A model generated the notes under the pieces. The model ran no database searches, had not been told where the DNA came from, and worked only from the letters and a program-made list of their open reading frames with translations. Below are positions 11,296 through 23,037 of a stretch of 37,643 bases of DNA, one piece after another; the first letter of the stretch is position 1; each line of letters opens with the position of its first letter. Made by a program: the position numbers and the translations under genes. Source of the DNA: Dimargaris cristalligena (taxonomy: Eukaryota); the NCBI GenBank assembly GCA_003614675.1, contig ML002366.1, positions 1-37,643 of the forward strand. The letters run 5' to 3'.

Positions 11296-13125
11296 GGTGG
11301 GGGAGGGGTGAATGGAAGGACCTTTCGAAAGTAGAGAAGAGGTACTTCTTATGAGGTAGCGGGAGCTGGGGGTTGGGACAACGACGCCCAAGGCGGGAGT
11401 TATTCAAGTGTGAAGGAGGGGAGAGTACGAGTAACAAAAATTAGGAGTATATTATAATAATAGGTATAATAAATGGGGGAGGGTGTTTGTCGCAATTTGG
11501 TGGACCTCTGGGTACGCTCAAAAAGTAAGAAAGAAGAGAGAGGGGCCACTCATGCCAGGGCCGCGGGGAGAAGAGGGTCTAGATGGAGCAAACGGAAACG
11601 GGGGGCGAGGACCAGAATAAAGAGCAAGCAAGTTTGACCAGAAAGAAGGGGACAGAGAAAGAGAGCGGCGGGATCCTTACTATTGGGTCAGTAAGTAGTA
11701 ATGCGCTGCTCGTCTTACCCACTCCCCCGAGCGAGTTTCCCTGAAAATGACTAACGCGGGCTATTCCGGGGAATCGGCCAAACCCTGCCCAGGCCCCAAA
11801 AAGGGGTATTACCCGCTGTGCTTGGTGCTGGGACTTAAAGGGAATACACCAATTACAATACACGTTGGGCAACATGGTTAAGCCGCTGTATAGGCAAAAC
11901 AACAACCAATTTAATCATTTGTTCCCCTCCTTTTTAATCAACTGATCCATGCTGGTATTAAAAAACCCGGTTCCGTTGAAATTAGGTGTTCGGCAAACTG
12001 CCTGCCCTCGTAAACTATAACTTGTCGTGGCTATACAGGCAAAAGGGGGAAGTAAACATCGCCCGAATTCTCGGTTCGGAAAATGGTGTTAGGGCAGTAG
12101 AGAATATGGCATATTATTGTTAGGTAGATTCCCCCCTTTGCCTGGCGGTGGGAGTTCGCGTCTATTATTTTTGTTTCTCGCCGGGTTAACTGAAGAGGGG
12201 GGTGAACATGGGTGCGCTAAACCTTTGGCTGCATACCCTTTAATCCAACCAACATATTGCAATTCGGCATTCGATAGCCATGCTGGTGCATAATCGCTCT
12301 CCCCTCGCCCCATTCCAATGGATACGGGGATTCGGTCCGGCTGCATAACGAAGGTTACGCGTTTAGTGAGGTATATTTGTGCTGGTTAAAAAACAGACGT
12401 TTCGTCTAGCCTACCTTCTATTGTTCATTATCCAAATCCAATACAGCTCTGTTGAAGTTCGCCCATACTCAATCTGCCAAACGGCCTTCGCCTACGGCAG
12501 GCGTTTAACAATTTCTCACCCAATGCCAGTGGTAAATCCCTCGATTTCATCCACAGTGGTCGGGACAATGGCAGGCATATAGTTCGATGATTGGAATGTA
12601 TCAGAGATAAACCGCCCTGCGTCCCAGGCCCCCAAATTATGGTCGAATAAAGGTACCGGTTCTATTTAATTGCCCATGAATCTACCAATCCCCGAGTCGC
12701 TATACACCTCCCCGGAGGTTGGCCCTGAAACTTAATCGGAGTAATAATAATTGCTGATGAAAGACGACCAATATATTCCCCAATCCAATCACCGCCCCCT
12801 AGGTTAATATACCCTTTTGCCAGGATTATCGATTGTAGTACGGTTTTTTACGAAAGCCTTTATTGAGATCAAAATATAATGAGAATACAGCGGTCTAAAT
12901 AGTCGGTGGAGCAGTCCCACTGGCTAGCAATCCCAGAACCATAACAGGGGAGACACCACCGCAAACACATGGCAACCCGAAACAAAACGAAATGAAATGA
13001 AGACAAAAGAAGCAGGAGGGGGGTGCGAAAAGCCACGAGAAATTTATACAGAGCAAACCACTCATCGTTGAGCTGGCGAGCCCAGGCTGCACGACCAAGG
13101 AGGCCAGCCTATAATAGGACATTAA

Positions 13126-13440
13126 TCAGTGTCGGCGGCTGGTGCCTTGGTTCTGTTTAATTTCCTTATTAGTCTTGCGCTTCAATTTCCAGGCTCCATA
13201 GCGGAGTTTCCAATTGGCGGACTTGCCATGCACCCAATTCTTGACGCCTTGCCATGAGCGGCGCTCGAGAGCTCCTGGCGCGGATGTGGTAGAGGTGGCG
13301 GCGACAGTGGCAGCCTTGGGGGCATTGATGGCATCGAGATTAATGGGCGTCACGGGGCCATGGCCAGCCGACGCACCGGAAGCGAAGTGGTAGTAACCCA
13401 ATAGCGCCTGACTAAGAACGACCAGGGAGAGAAGCTTCAT
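13126..13440 (-). CDS. Small secreted prepropeptide (104 aa) with a Kex2-type LERR site and a cationic Trp-rich C-terminal peptide
   Basis: ATG 13440 in GCC-ATG context; signal-like MKLLSLVVLSQALLGYYHFASGA; Ala/Thr-rich pro-region; LERR; then SWQGVKNWVHGKSANWKLRYGAWKLKRKTNKEIKQNQGTSRRH. TATATAAA upstream. Confidence 0.8.
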   Translation of the reverse strand: MKLLSLVVLSQALLGYYHFASGASAGHGPVTPINLDAINAPKAATVAATSTTSAPGALERRSWQGVKNWVHGKSANWKLRYGAWKLKRKTNKEIKQNQGTSRRH

Positions 13441-13653
13441 GGCGTATAAGAAAGCAGGGATGAAAAAACTGAGCGGGAGAGGGATTATGGAGTGAAGCAA
13501 ATGCTAGAGGAACGGTAAGGAGATATCGAGAGAGGTTTGTTAGGGTTAGATTCGCTATCGAATACGTGGAAAATTGGCCGACCCAGTTATAGATATAAAA
13601 AAAAGGATGCTTATTGAATGAGGTTGTCTCTGTCGGCAACAAAACCACTGCCA

Positions 13654-13661
13654 TTTATATA
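13654..13661 (-). promoter_or_regulatory. TATA box of the cationic peptide precursor gene
   Basis: TATATAAA on the minus strand about 215 nt upstream of ATG 13440. A possible short 5'UTR intron (GTATTC...CTAAC...CTAG, about 13505-13565) lies between. Confidence 0.5.
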
Positions 13662-15266
13662 TTGCCGGGCTTTGGGATGATAGTACACTGGGAGTGAAAT
13701 CATTAGGCACACATCTTGAACTTGGCTGCACGATGCCGCTGTTTTTATCTCCCTATTATTTTTCCGAAGTAGCACATGTGGCAAGCCACCGAAGAGTCGA
13801 TTTCAAGCTGCCCAGTCTATTTCGTTTTTCATGGGCACCATCGTTTTTTTTAAAATAACATAAAATAAACCGCTCCCGTGTGTATTAAACATGTAAGTAG
13901 TCCCAATTAAATCCCTTGGAATGGGATCTTTGCAAGCGAACTGGACCTAGAGCATGGCACGGCTTAGGTGTTCCTTACACAACAGTTCATGATTCAACAC
14001 TAAGGTCACTCGAACAAAAAGTTTGAAAAGCGAAAGCCCTAAACGTTAAGGGCGCCCCAAAGTCGTCGGGCATTACCACGATAGAGTAGTACAATAGGCG
14101 TCATTGCGATAGGGTTAGTCTACAGCTCCTAAAATAGCACCGGAATAGAGATGAAGAATCCGGCGGGTGGCACATGTGAATAACTCTCCCTGTAGTTGGT
14201 GACTCTGCGGAAACCACTCATGAAAAGCGACTGGTGGCATTCGTTGGTGGAAAACCAGAGGGGCAAGGAAGGGCCAGCGGAATGTACTGTATTCAAGGCC
14301 AGAAACCGAGACCAAAAGCGAGAGTGAGGGAGATAGGGCTGGTAGAAAACATGCCTAGTGGCGGGAAGTGGCAAGTCCTAGGCGTAACCATCATTGTTAT
14401 ACAGGACCGCCGCCTCGTAGACGGCGGAAATCTTCGGTTCGCTTGGTTTTCAATTGACCGGGCTCGTTTTATGTTAATACAATAAAATAAAATCGATGGT
14501 GTTGAGCTTTAAAAGCCGTCGATGAACCTGACCACTAAAATGTAATAGGGGCTTGAATATTCAATGACTCGCCAATGTTCATTGCCAGTGGTTTATCCAT
14601 CAAGTAGGTGTATAATTTACTCTACAACTAAGGCCTAGATTAAGGCCCTTATCCCGGAGGTGCCGATGAAAATAATACCGTCAGCATTCGATCATCACTG
14701 CGATAGGCAAACGCCCACCGGAGGACACTAAGGGTTGGTGCGCATTGAAAACATGCTGCTATACCCACCCTTAACAGAAGGGCTTAGCATTAGTGACCGG
14801 TCACCGGATGGGTGGTACAAGGTGGTACAAGGCATTGGTTGGGTTCGGCAGTAGCGAAAGGTCAAGATAGCATGGTCCCTCTAGGGGCCGAGAGCCGACC
14901 TAGCATATTATCGGTTCATTGGTCGACACACATGGCCTACATTTGGCGCAGGGCAAGGGCATATCCGCTTTTTGAAGATGGGATAGATAGCTTCTGGCAA
15001 AGAAAAGGGAGTATTAAATCACTATTTATTATTTACGGATAGCGAGTATAGTTGGTAGGAGGTATAATGCCTACGATTTGGTAATCTCGCTGGCATAATA
15101 CCCCCAGAAGTTGGGTGTGTGTAAAGCACATCCGGCTATGAGTTATTAGGGACCACTATCCGAGGGTGAACTAAAGTATTTGAGATGGAGGAAGGTTGGG
15201 AAGAAGGCTCGAAGGGAATCACCTAAATGTACAACAACGGTAGCGGCGGGGATACTATGGGATAAA

Positions 15267-15524
15267 TTAAAGGCGTGTGTAGGCGGACAGGGCAACCAAG
15301 AGAGCCGAACCCGAGTACACGGTCAGGGACGAGGCAGCGCTAGTGGCGTTGGTGGTTTTATCGGCGGTAGTCGAGTCAGCATTGGTCTTGGTCGTGGTGC
15401 CGTGATCGTGGTCGTGGTCGGTACCAGTAGGGTTGGCCGCAGGCTCCGTAATGGTGGTAGTCATAAGGTGGGGCACGGCGGAAACCGAGACGACGGCGGC
15501 GGCGAGGAGCAGAATGACCTTCAT
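15267..15524 (-). CDS. Small secreted Thr-rich protein (85 aa), probably GPI-anchored or cell-wall
   Basis: CACC-ATG context; signal MKVILLLAAAVVSVSA; Thr/Ala/Asp-rich body with DHDHDH; small-residue stretch (TSAASS) then hydrophobic tail (LTVYSGSALLVALSAY); C-ending codon bias. Confidence 0.8.
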   Translation of the reverse strand: MKVILLLAAAVVSVSAVPHLMTTTITEPAANPTGTDHDHDHGTTTKTNADSTTADKTTNATSAASSLTVYSGSALLVALSAYTRL

Positions 15525-16745
15525 GGTGACAGAATAGTTGTGACGGGGAATTAATACGTACGCGAGTGTGAGTGTGGGTGAATGAGACGACGGCTGAAGT
15601 AGTATCAGATCAAGCGAAGAATACGTCTAGAAAACGGCCAATTTAGTACAATGAGAATACTGGTGCGGAGATGAAGTTGGGAAGACATAGCTACGGGGAT
15701 CGATCGGTTACTTTAAATACACGACGGGGTTGACCATAGGGATCCTTCATTGCCGGAGTGCAGTGAGCTAATAGGGGTCCTCCAACATCCCCTATCGGTA
15801 CCTAGTTAGCCTTTCCGGTAAGCGGACCGGGTGGTTGTTAACTTGGCCAATGTAGTAGTATTACCGACGAAAGGACTTTCGGCGTACGTGTTCCAAAGTA
15901 TATTTTAGGAGCCGCTTGTGAAGAAAAATGCCCAGCCGTTTGTCCGACCCTGGGCGTAATATAGACGGATCCGCTAGAAGTCATTAGGAGCAAAGAGCTG
16001 CTGCTATCACCCAATGGATCGTCCCCGCACCGTTTTCTTCAAAACAGAAGGATACCAGAGCATGAAGCATACTATCATTAATAATCCATAATGAAGGCCA
16101 GAGCGATGGAAGAGGGTCTATTTGGGATAGAGGCGGGAGGTAACATGGTACAGTTTAGCGAAAATGATTAGGCGGGACTGCCGTACAAGTGGAAATCTCC
16201 CTCGGTGGCGACGGAAGACACTCTCCGATACTAGGGGAGTTGGGACGGGGGGTTGGACAAACTGCGGTCACAACTGTCCGCGTACGACCGTTGGTGGGAA
16301 ATTCAGATGGGTTTCGGGAAAGGGAAGCGGTAAAGATGCTATCCTCAACAGTAGAAGTAATCCCGCGAGTAAGAGAGTCCCCCTGGGCAACCGAACAGCG
16401 ATGCAACGGAATACCAGCAAAGCTGACTACAACACTGGGATGGTCACATTGCTAACTTAATCCCAAATCCAGAAGGAGGAGAAGAGTTATGCCGTCTACG
16501 ATTAGGTGAAAATGACCCCAATCGATCCGACCAGCCTCACCTTCAAGGACATATGGCCTCGGAAACGGCACATATACCATACGATGTCGACTAAACATTA
16601 ACTAACGACTCCCCTGGGATGCCCCGTTGACCCATTCGATGGCTACTTGGCTTATAAAAGGTCGCTCTGGAATGGCGCAAAAGAAGCCTACGATTTGGCA
16701 AGTTTGCACGCTCGACTACGTTATCCCCTTTACCCACGCATAAAC

Positions 16746-16765
16746 ATATATATATATATATATAT
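16746..16765. repeat. (AT)n microsatellite
   Basis: atatatatatatatatatat. Confidence 0.85.
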
Positions 16766-19156
16766 TTACAAAATGCTTAGGCCCAACTATAAACATCTAT
16801 GATAGACAGTCACATTTATCCAGATGAAAGATGTCTCAGGGGCCCATTGAATTCTCCAGGAGATCCCCGCTTCGCCATCACAGCTGGATTTAAATCACAG
16901 ATGAAACGTATGCTGTTGAACAACTGCCAATGAGTTTCTAAAAGATCCATAATCGCAGGGTATATGTAGTGACTCCCTTTTTACCCTTGGAGTTGGCAAA
17001 GAAACCCCCCAACTAAAAAGACGGCAGTCATACACCAGGGGTTATTTAGTACCATTAAGTGCGGCGTACGTAGATGGTACTAAACCCACCCCCTTACGAT
17101 CGGTGGGCGCATCGTTCACACCCGGGACACCCTGGCAATTCAGAGAAGTACATTATACTAGCAAACGTTTGCATAATTGACTTCATACCTCAGTCTCTGT
17201 GTATGTACATGGGTCGGGAGACTGCATCTGATACGAGTTGATTGGGTATTTTGCTTAGTATCAGTTCACCAGCGGGTTAAGTGGGTGAATGGGCAGTGGT
17301 GGGGGTTAGAATGTGACTGTATCCGAGAAGAGAATCGACTGTACCTTTGGCGGGTTACTACATTGGATAACCACTCGTATGTACACCACCAATCCGTTTA
17401 TCTTGCGACGTATCAGGTAATATTAAGAGCGGGACTTTAACATCCTCAAGTAATGCCCCGATATCCAATTATCTGGCGATGTTCACGTTCAAAAACCATC
17501 TAGCATCACGCCATTTACTATACTTAAATTGTTCTGCAGCACACTATTAAGTTGATGAGTCTGCCAAGCCAGCAAGGGACGAGTTTAAACTACTCTAGGG
17601 GCTTAATAAAATATCTATCTCGGGGAAGCACAGGGGGGACCGCTAGTCCTAATTCGTCACCCTTGAATTTAAAGCGACCCCCACCCCTTTCCAGAGGATG
17701 AGCCAGATTCATCGGGATAAGGGCACTAACCGATGCGTTTAATTGGGCCCGCGGTAATCCCAGGCAATACCCCTCTATGAGAACCCATGTCTACGCCTAA
17801 GGGATAAAGAGACCATGTTGTCCCCCAGTCAAAATCAGCGAGTAATCGACTATACTCCAAACGTCAAATAGCCAACGTTAGCCAACCGGGAAGTGCACCC
17901 ACGGACTTCTCGAAGCAAAACATGAAAGGAACGAGCACCAAGAGGGGGGGTGGGGAAGGGAAGAGATTGGCCACATATTTATGGTGTTGATCACTGATGC
18001 TTCGTGACATGGAAGTAGCAGGGCCACGATAACAAGCCAATAATTAAAAGAGGCTAATCGACGAAGATGACGGACGACCAATGCCTGTTTCTGCCTATGT
18101 TTATTAGGTAGCGGAATGTGACTGACTACCCCACAAGGAAAAGTGTGGATTGAGTGAACATTTCTACATCCTCCCAACCGGATTGTCCGAAAGGGTCGGG
18201 GCTAAAAAGAGCGAGTCGGTTCATTGTACAAGAAATAACACTAGGGGGGTCTTGGTGGAGGGGTCGGAAAGGTGTACCATGAGCATTGGATTATCCCCCC
18301 CTCCCACCACGCTGTGTACCTATTTCGGATTCCAAGATATTGGTGTGGATCCCCCCAGGCCACACATGAAGCGGCTTAAATTATAGAGAATATACACCAC
18401 TTTGGTGAAGGTCGCCAACATATCCCCCCTGGGAATCTAAAGTACGACTACACTATCACTTCTACTAATCTCCCATAATATTGGTATCTTTCAGATAGCT
18501 GCTTAACATCGCCTTGCTCGCCCATACCAAGCATCAGCATGATTTGGTTTATAAAGAAGGAGGAGAGAGGTACTGTGAAGGATGGCACTCTCCGGGTTAA
18601 TGTCAAGATTTACCATAAAGGCCATTCCCAAAGATGTAGTTGAAACCAGAGTTGGGTAGGTCAAATCTATGTTTCTTGATAGTCCTTCTATTCACTATGG
18701 TTTCCCGGCAAATATAGTAGTGGCTATCTGGTAGGGGTGATTCAAAATTATGTGGGCCCTTAAAAAGTTCCCCGCTGACTTGGCTGCTTTTGAACGATGT
18801 GAAAGGAGGAGGAGGAGGGGTGCACCAACGAACTGAAAGGGGAGGCGGGGAATATAAATGATAGTACAGTGTATTGGGGAATCCGTTGGATATAGTATTG
18901 CCACTTATGCTTGGCTGCCTATTGGCCACGGGCGGGGATGGTTGGTGACGAGAAAAAGAGGACTGGAGTGAACGTATATTATACTATTGGCTGGGATTAA
19001 ACAGGAGGTTACTGTTCCGGCGGACTATTGCATATTTAGCGCAATAAGCCGGTGACGGGGAAGAACGACGGGACGCTGCGAATAAAATGGCCAAGGGAAA
19101 TCTAATTGAAAGAAACGAAGAAATGCAGGTGAGGGCGAGGGAGTCTCTGTACAACC

Positions 19157-19363
19157 ATGGACCAGCAGGCAGCTTCCCTCCCTTTCTCTGATGGGCTTCA
19201 ATTGACCAATGTCACCTTTGTAATAGCGTCCCTCCTCTTGTTTGTCATACTCTTCACCATATATACCGATGATCATTTTCCCCGCTTAGCTTCATCTACA
19301 ATCCCAGGAGCCACCAATAATCCACCGACTAAACTGGGCGGGAGCGGCACCACCTGGGTATGA
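19157..19363 (+). CDS. Possible single-pass membrane microprotein (68 aa)
   Basis: ACC-ATG-G context; hydrophobic VTFVIASLLLFVILFTIY; AT-rich 3' flank. No homology recognised. Confidence 0.25.
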   Translation: MDQQAASLPFSDGLQLTNVTFVIASLLLFVILFTIYTDDHFPRLASSTIPGATNNPPTKLGGSGTTWV

Positions 19364-21587
19364 TCGACCGAGCCACATTCCAAAATGGAGAAGGATGGGG
19401 TTACCCAGCGTGGCTCCATATATATATACTTATTTATTTATTTTACATACTAAAATTGTCAGCCACGACTGTTTAACAGTAGTAACGTCGACCTGGTGAA
19501 TATCATCTTAGTCTGCTAGGTAGCTGGCCACTATGGGGAATGGCCTTATTCGGAGGAATAGTTTAGTCTAAATACAGATATGACATGGGGTGAATGATAT
19601 TGGGTGAACGCTATTGAAACCAAGTGTTTAGTTTCCCGAGTATTTTGCATAATCATAGGCGGACTGCATGTTGCGGTTAAGCACGCCAACTGAGACTTAT
19701 AACAAGGGGGGTGGGTGGACGGGGGGAAACCGACGAATTTGTTGGATTCAGCCATCTGGAGGACATGGCCGGGACTGGGGGGGGATATCCACAACCACAT
19801 CCCTTTTATACATTGGTAATACTTTTAGACACTGTTGCCAGTGCACTCGAGAAATGACAGGCCATGTCGATGTGAACTAGGGCAGTCTGAGCACCCACCC
19901 ATTCACAGGGCCAGCCAGTTGATTTGCGCTCGGATTGAAGTATTTTGGGGGAAAGGAGGTAATGTGAGCATCCGTAATTTATTCACAGAATCAAGTACCA
20001 AAATACATTGGAGTGGAAGGGGTGGGTTCGTTCACTACCCACTCAGTAATGGCATATATATATATTTCATTTCATTTCTAGACTAGCGAGTGTGAATACG
20101 AGTGGGTGAACGACAGTTCCCTACAAACGTTTGACGGGTATCGGGAAGTCCAGTCTTGGATTTATTTTTATTTTTTTGGACAGAACGGTAGGAAGAGTCG
20201 GAATAGCGAAGAAAAACATAGGGGGTGCGCTGCTGCATTTGGCATTGGGCTGAGTTGGTCGATAGGGAATGGCACGCGACGGATTGTGAAACGTGAATTA
20301 GATAAAGCCCTACTGTAGCTGCCTAAGCTTGGGGGGTGGGTGGGGGCAGCTATCCGGCCCTTTCATACGGAGCACGAGTGTTCTCAAATGACCGTCCACG
20401 GAACAGCCGCAAATTCTGTATTATCTAGGCAGCCTCCCATCGATTGGTTTTGCGTACCAACGTGTACCACCACCGCCTTTCTATTCTTCGTACATTGCCT
20501 ATCATACACGGTTGGATAAGTCGGGCCGTTTCTTAGGCACGGGGATTCCGGCGGTTCGGGGATGGGCCGGTGGGGAGGGAGAGTGATAGATAATAGCTAT
20601 GATCGGTAGCAATGTCGTGAGAGGGGTTGTAATTAATCAAAACAAAGACGCCCAGGGTATTGGGCCCGCATATCACTACGAGTCCGGCCTATTTATCCAC
20701 GCAGGCGACTCGCCGTTTCACGGTGCTTGCGCATAGCCCAAATGCCGGTGACGATTGAGTTACCCAATTTCTCGTCGCAATCCCCACCGACCAAGACTCT
20801 AGTCATTCTAATATTAATTCATGGCGAGTCCGAGCCTCCTCTAGATTAATATTAGTCAGTACCCATAAATTTAAGTGCATTCCCCCTAAGACTAGAAAAG
20901 CAGGGCCTAATTCGACACCATCGCCGACATGGTAGAAACGGGTACCATAGGGGAGGGCTATCGCCACGATGAAGCGATAATTGAATAGCCCACTACTGTT
21001 ATGGGCCTAATCAAACGAGTTATCCAGCACCAATGGGGATGGAACAGTGGAAGTGGAGACGCACAAGGGGAAAAGAGGAGGAGGAGGAGGGAGGGAGATC
21101 AATTCACGACGAGCCGCGCCGGTTTTAATTCGCCCTCTAGTTTAAGGGTTACTTATGGGTGGTTCGCTGGTAAGTGGTCCCCACTAAAAAGGGAGGCTTC
21201 TCAATGGGCCCCAGCGATCGTTGTGCTCTTTTAACGATGGAGCCAGTAAGCCACTCAGCTGATGCGGGGACTCTCGTTTGGAAAATGGTCCGTGGAGCAA
21301 ACCGGCGAGGCAGTTCGGTAGAGGAGAGGGGAGTCTAGTTGCCCTCAATAGAGCAACGAAGAACGAGGCAGGACCTCCGCACGCGCGAGGGAGTGTGAAA
21401 GAGAGAGAAAGGGAAGGAAAGGAAAGTTATTCGTCCTGACCTCCACAGCCCGCTCTAGTGAGCCACTATTACTATTACCATTACTATTACAACGACTACG
21501 ACTCCTCACCACTGTATCAGCCCAAGCGCACTCCCCGTTCTTCTGTAATTCGGGAGTTCGTGTAATAAGAATAGGGACGTCGTTTTT

Positions 21588-21595
21588 TATAAAAA
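21588..21595 (+). promoter_or_regulatory. Candidate TATA box for the 23038 gene
   Basis: TATAAAAA at the transition into a long pyrimidine-rich, nearly ATG-free leader. Confidence 0.35.
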
Positions 21596-22359
21596 GGGCC
21601 CTTGGAGCTGGCCTGGCCAAACGAGCTTTTCGAACGTCCGTTTTTGATAAACTGCATTACTATTGCCTTGCAAAACCCCCTCTCCGCCTGGTGCGTTTTT
21701 TTACTATTGGCTATTACTACTGCTCCCTTGGTGGAATTTTCGGCTCCGCTTGACCCGTGTCTATTCTATATATGCACTGGCCGTTTATTTAGCCCGACCC
21801 CGAGCTGCTTCCCCCACTTGGCCTCGTTCCCTTTCTTCTCTTCTCCTCTCCTCTCCCGCCAAACCCTTCGCATTCAACCTTGGGTTCCCCTGTTTACTTC
21901 GTCAACTAAACCTTCGTGTTCATTCCTATTGCATAGTCCACTCTGCGAACGCCATCGCGCTGTCGTTGTCGTCGTTATTGTTATCTAAAAAACCGCCCGT
22001 CCATTTCCTGGTCTATTGGCTGTATTCTTTTCTTCTCCTTCCGGTACCCTTGGCACTGCCCCCGTTTTCCGTGCTCTTTACTCCTCTTACCCACCCCAAT
22101 TGCCCGCTGCATTTGTTATTCCGCCGATACCTTGGGTAAAGGACTATCCCTGTTGTATTTTGCCTCGTCCACGGTTCTCCCCTTTAATCTCCCTCCAGCC
22201 CTGGTTCGTTTCCGGACTCCCCCGGCTGTATTCACTATATCCACCTGCTTTTCGGGAGCACCGACAGGTCCTCCTCCTGAGTGCACATATCCCTCCTCTC
22301 CCTCTGCATATACCCGTGGACCAACTGTACTTGGAGTTTCACGCTTGCTAAACTAAACG

Positions 22360-23010
22360 GTTAGTCCCTTCTCTATATTATACTATACTATACTATACTA
22401 TTATATTCTTTACTACACTATACCAATCCGGCCGGGCTTGGTTTTTTTTAGATAGATATATCTTATTGCTCTGTGTGGGTATATGCGTGTGTGTGTGTGT
22501 GTGTGTGCTACACCACCACCGGCATCGTGGTCCAACTTATTTTCCCCCATAGGCCTTTTTAGTCCCCCGTTTTATAGTATAGTAGTGTTGCGCATACACT
22601 GTTCCGTCCAGGCTTTAGTAGTAGTGGGTTTCGCTGTATTCGCCTTTGGCCGCTATTATTAGGTCCCGCCTCGCCTTCCCTCGGTTCTCTTTCCCTCGAA
22701 ACCTTTGCTGGGCTATTTCAAACTATCCCCGGCAATCGTTTCGTGACCTTGGTTCCCTCTTTCCCCTTTCTCCGCCCGTTTTCTCCTCCCCCCTAGCCCC
22801 GTGAGACCGGCGGTTGCTTCGTATTTTCTCTATTTACTGCTCTCTATACTGCTATTCCCTCCCCCTTTTTACTTCCCCCTACCCGTTCCGGGTTCGGTCT
22901 TGCGTGCGCCGCTTTTTCGCGCCGGCTGTTGTTAGCCCACTTCCCTTCCGATAACTCACTTCTATCCTTTTACTGCTATCCCCCCTCCCGCCCTATCTTT
23001 CCCCGGACAG
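22360..23010 (+). other. Predicted 651-nt 5'UTR intron of the 23038 gene
   Basis: Donor CG|GTTAGT at 22360; long polypyrimidine tract ending GGACAG at 23010, 27 nt before ATG 23038. Contains (TATAC)n and (GT)n repeats. Confidence 0.5.
22487..22507. repeat. (GT)n microsatellite
   Basis: gtgtgtgtgtgtgtgtgtgtg. Confidence 0.85.
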
Positions 23011-23037
23011 AGCGATTCTCGGTACCCCCCTCCCCTC

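Noticed and set aside
12089-12582. Short ORFs with splice-like signals (GTAGGC...GCAG) on the minus strand
   Set aside because: No splice combination I tried gave a long or recognisable protein; at most a non-coding transcript.
14811-14832. Short tandem duplication GGTGGTACAA x2 (also AAAAGGCTT x2 near 1818)
   Set aside because: Two-copy slippage repeats with no associated element.
16155-16600. Three overlapping ORFs plus a GCTAAC...CAG acceptor at about 16472
   Set aside because: No domain similarity and no convincing spliced model.
21602-22356. Hydrophobic Leu/Phe/Pro/Ser ORFs
   Set aside because: TTG-started artefacts of a CT-rich leader.
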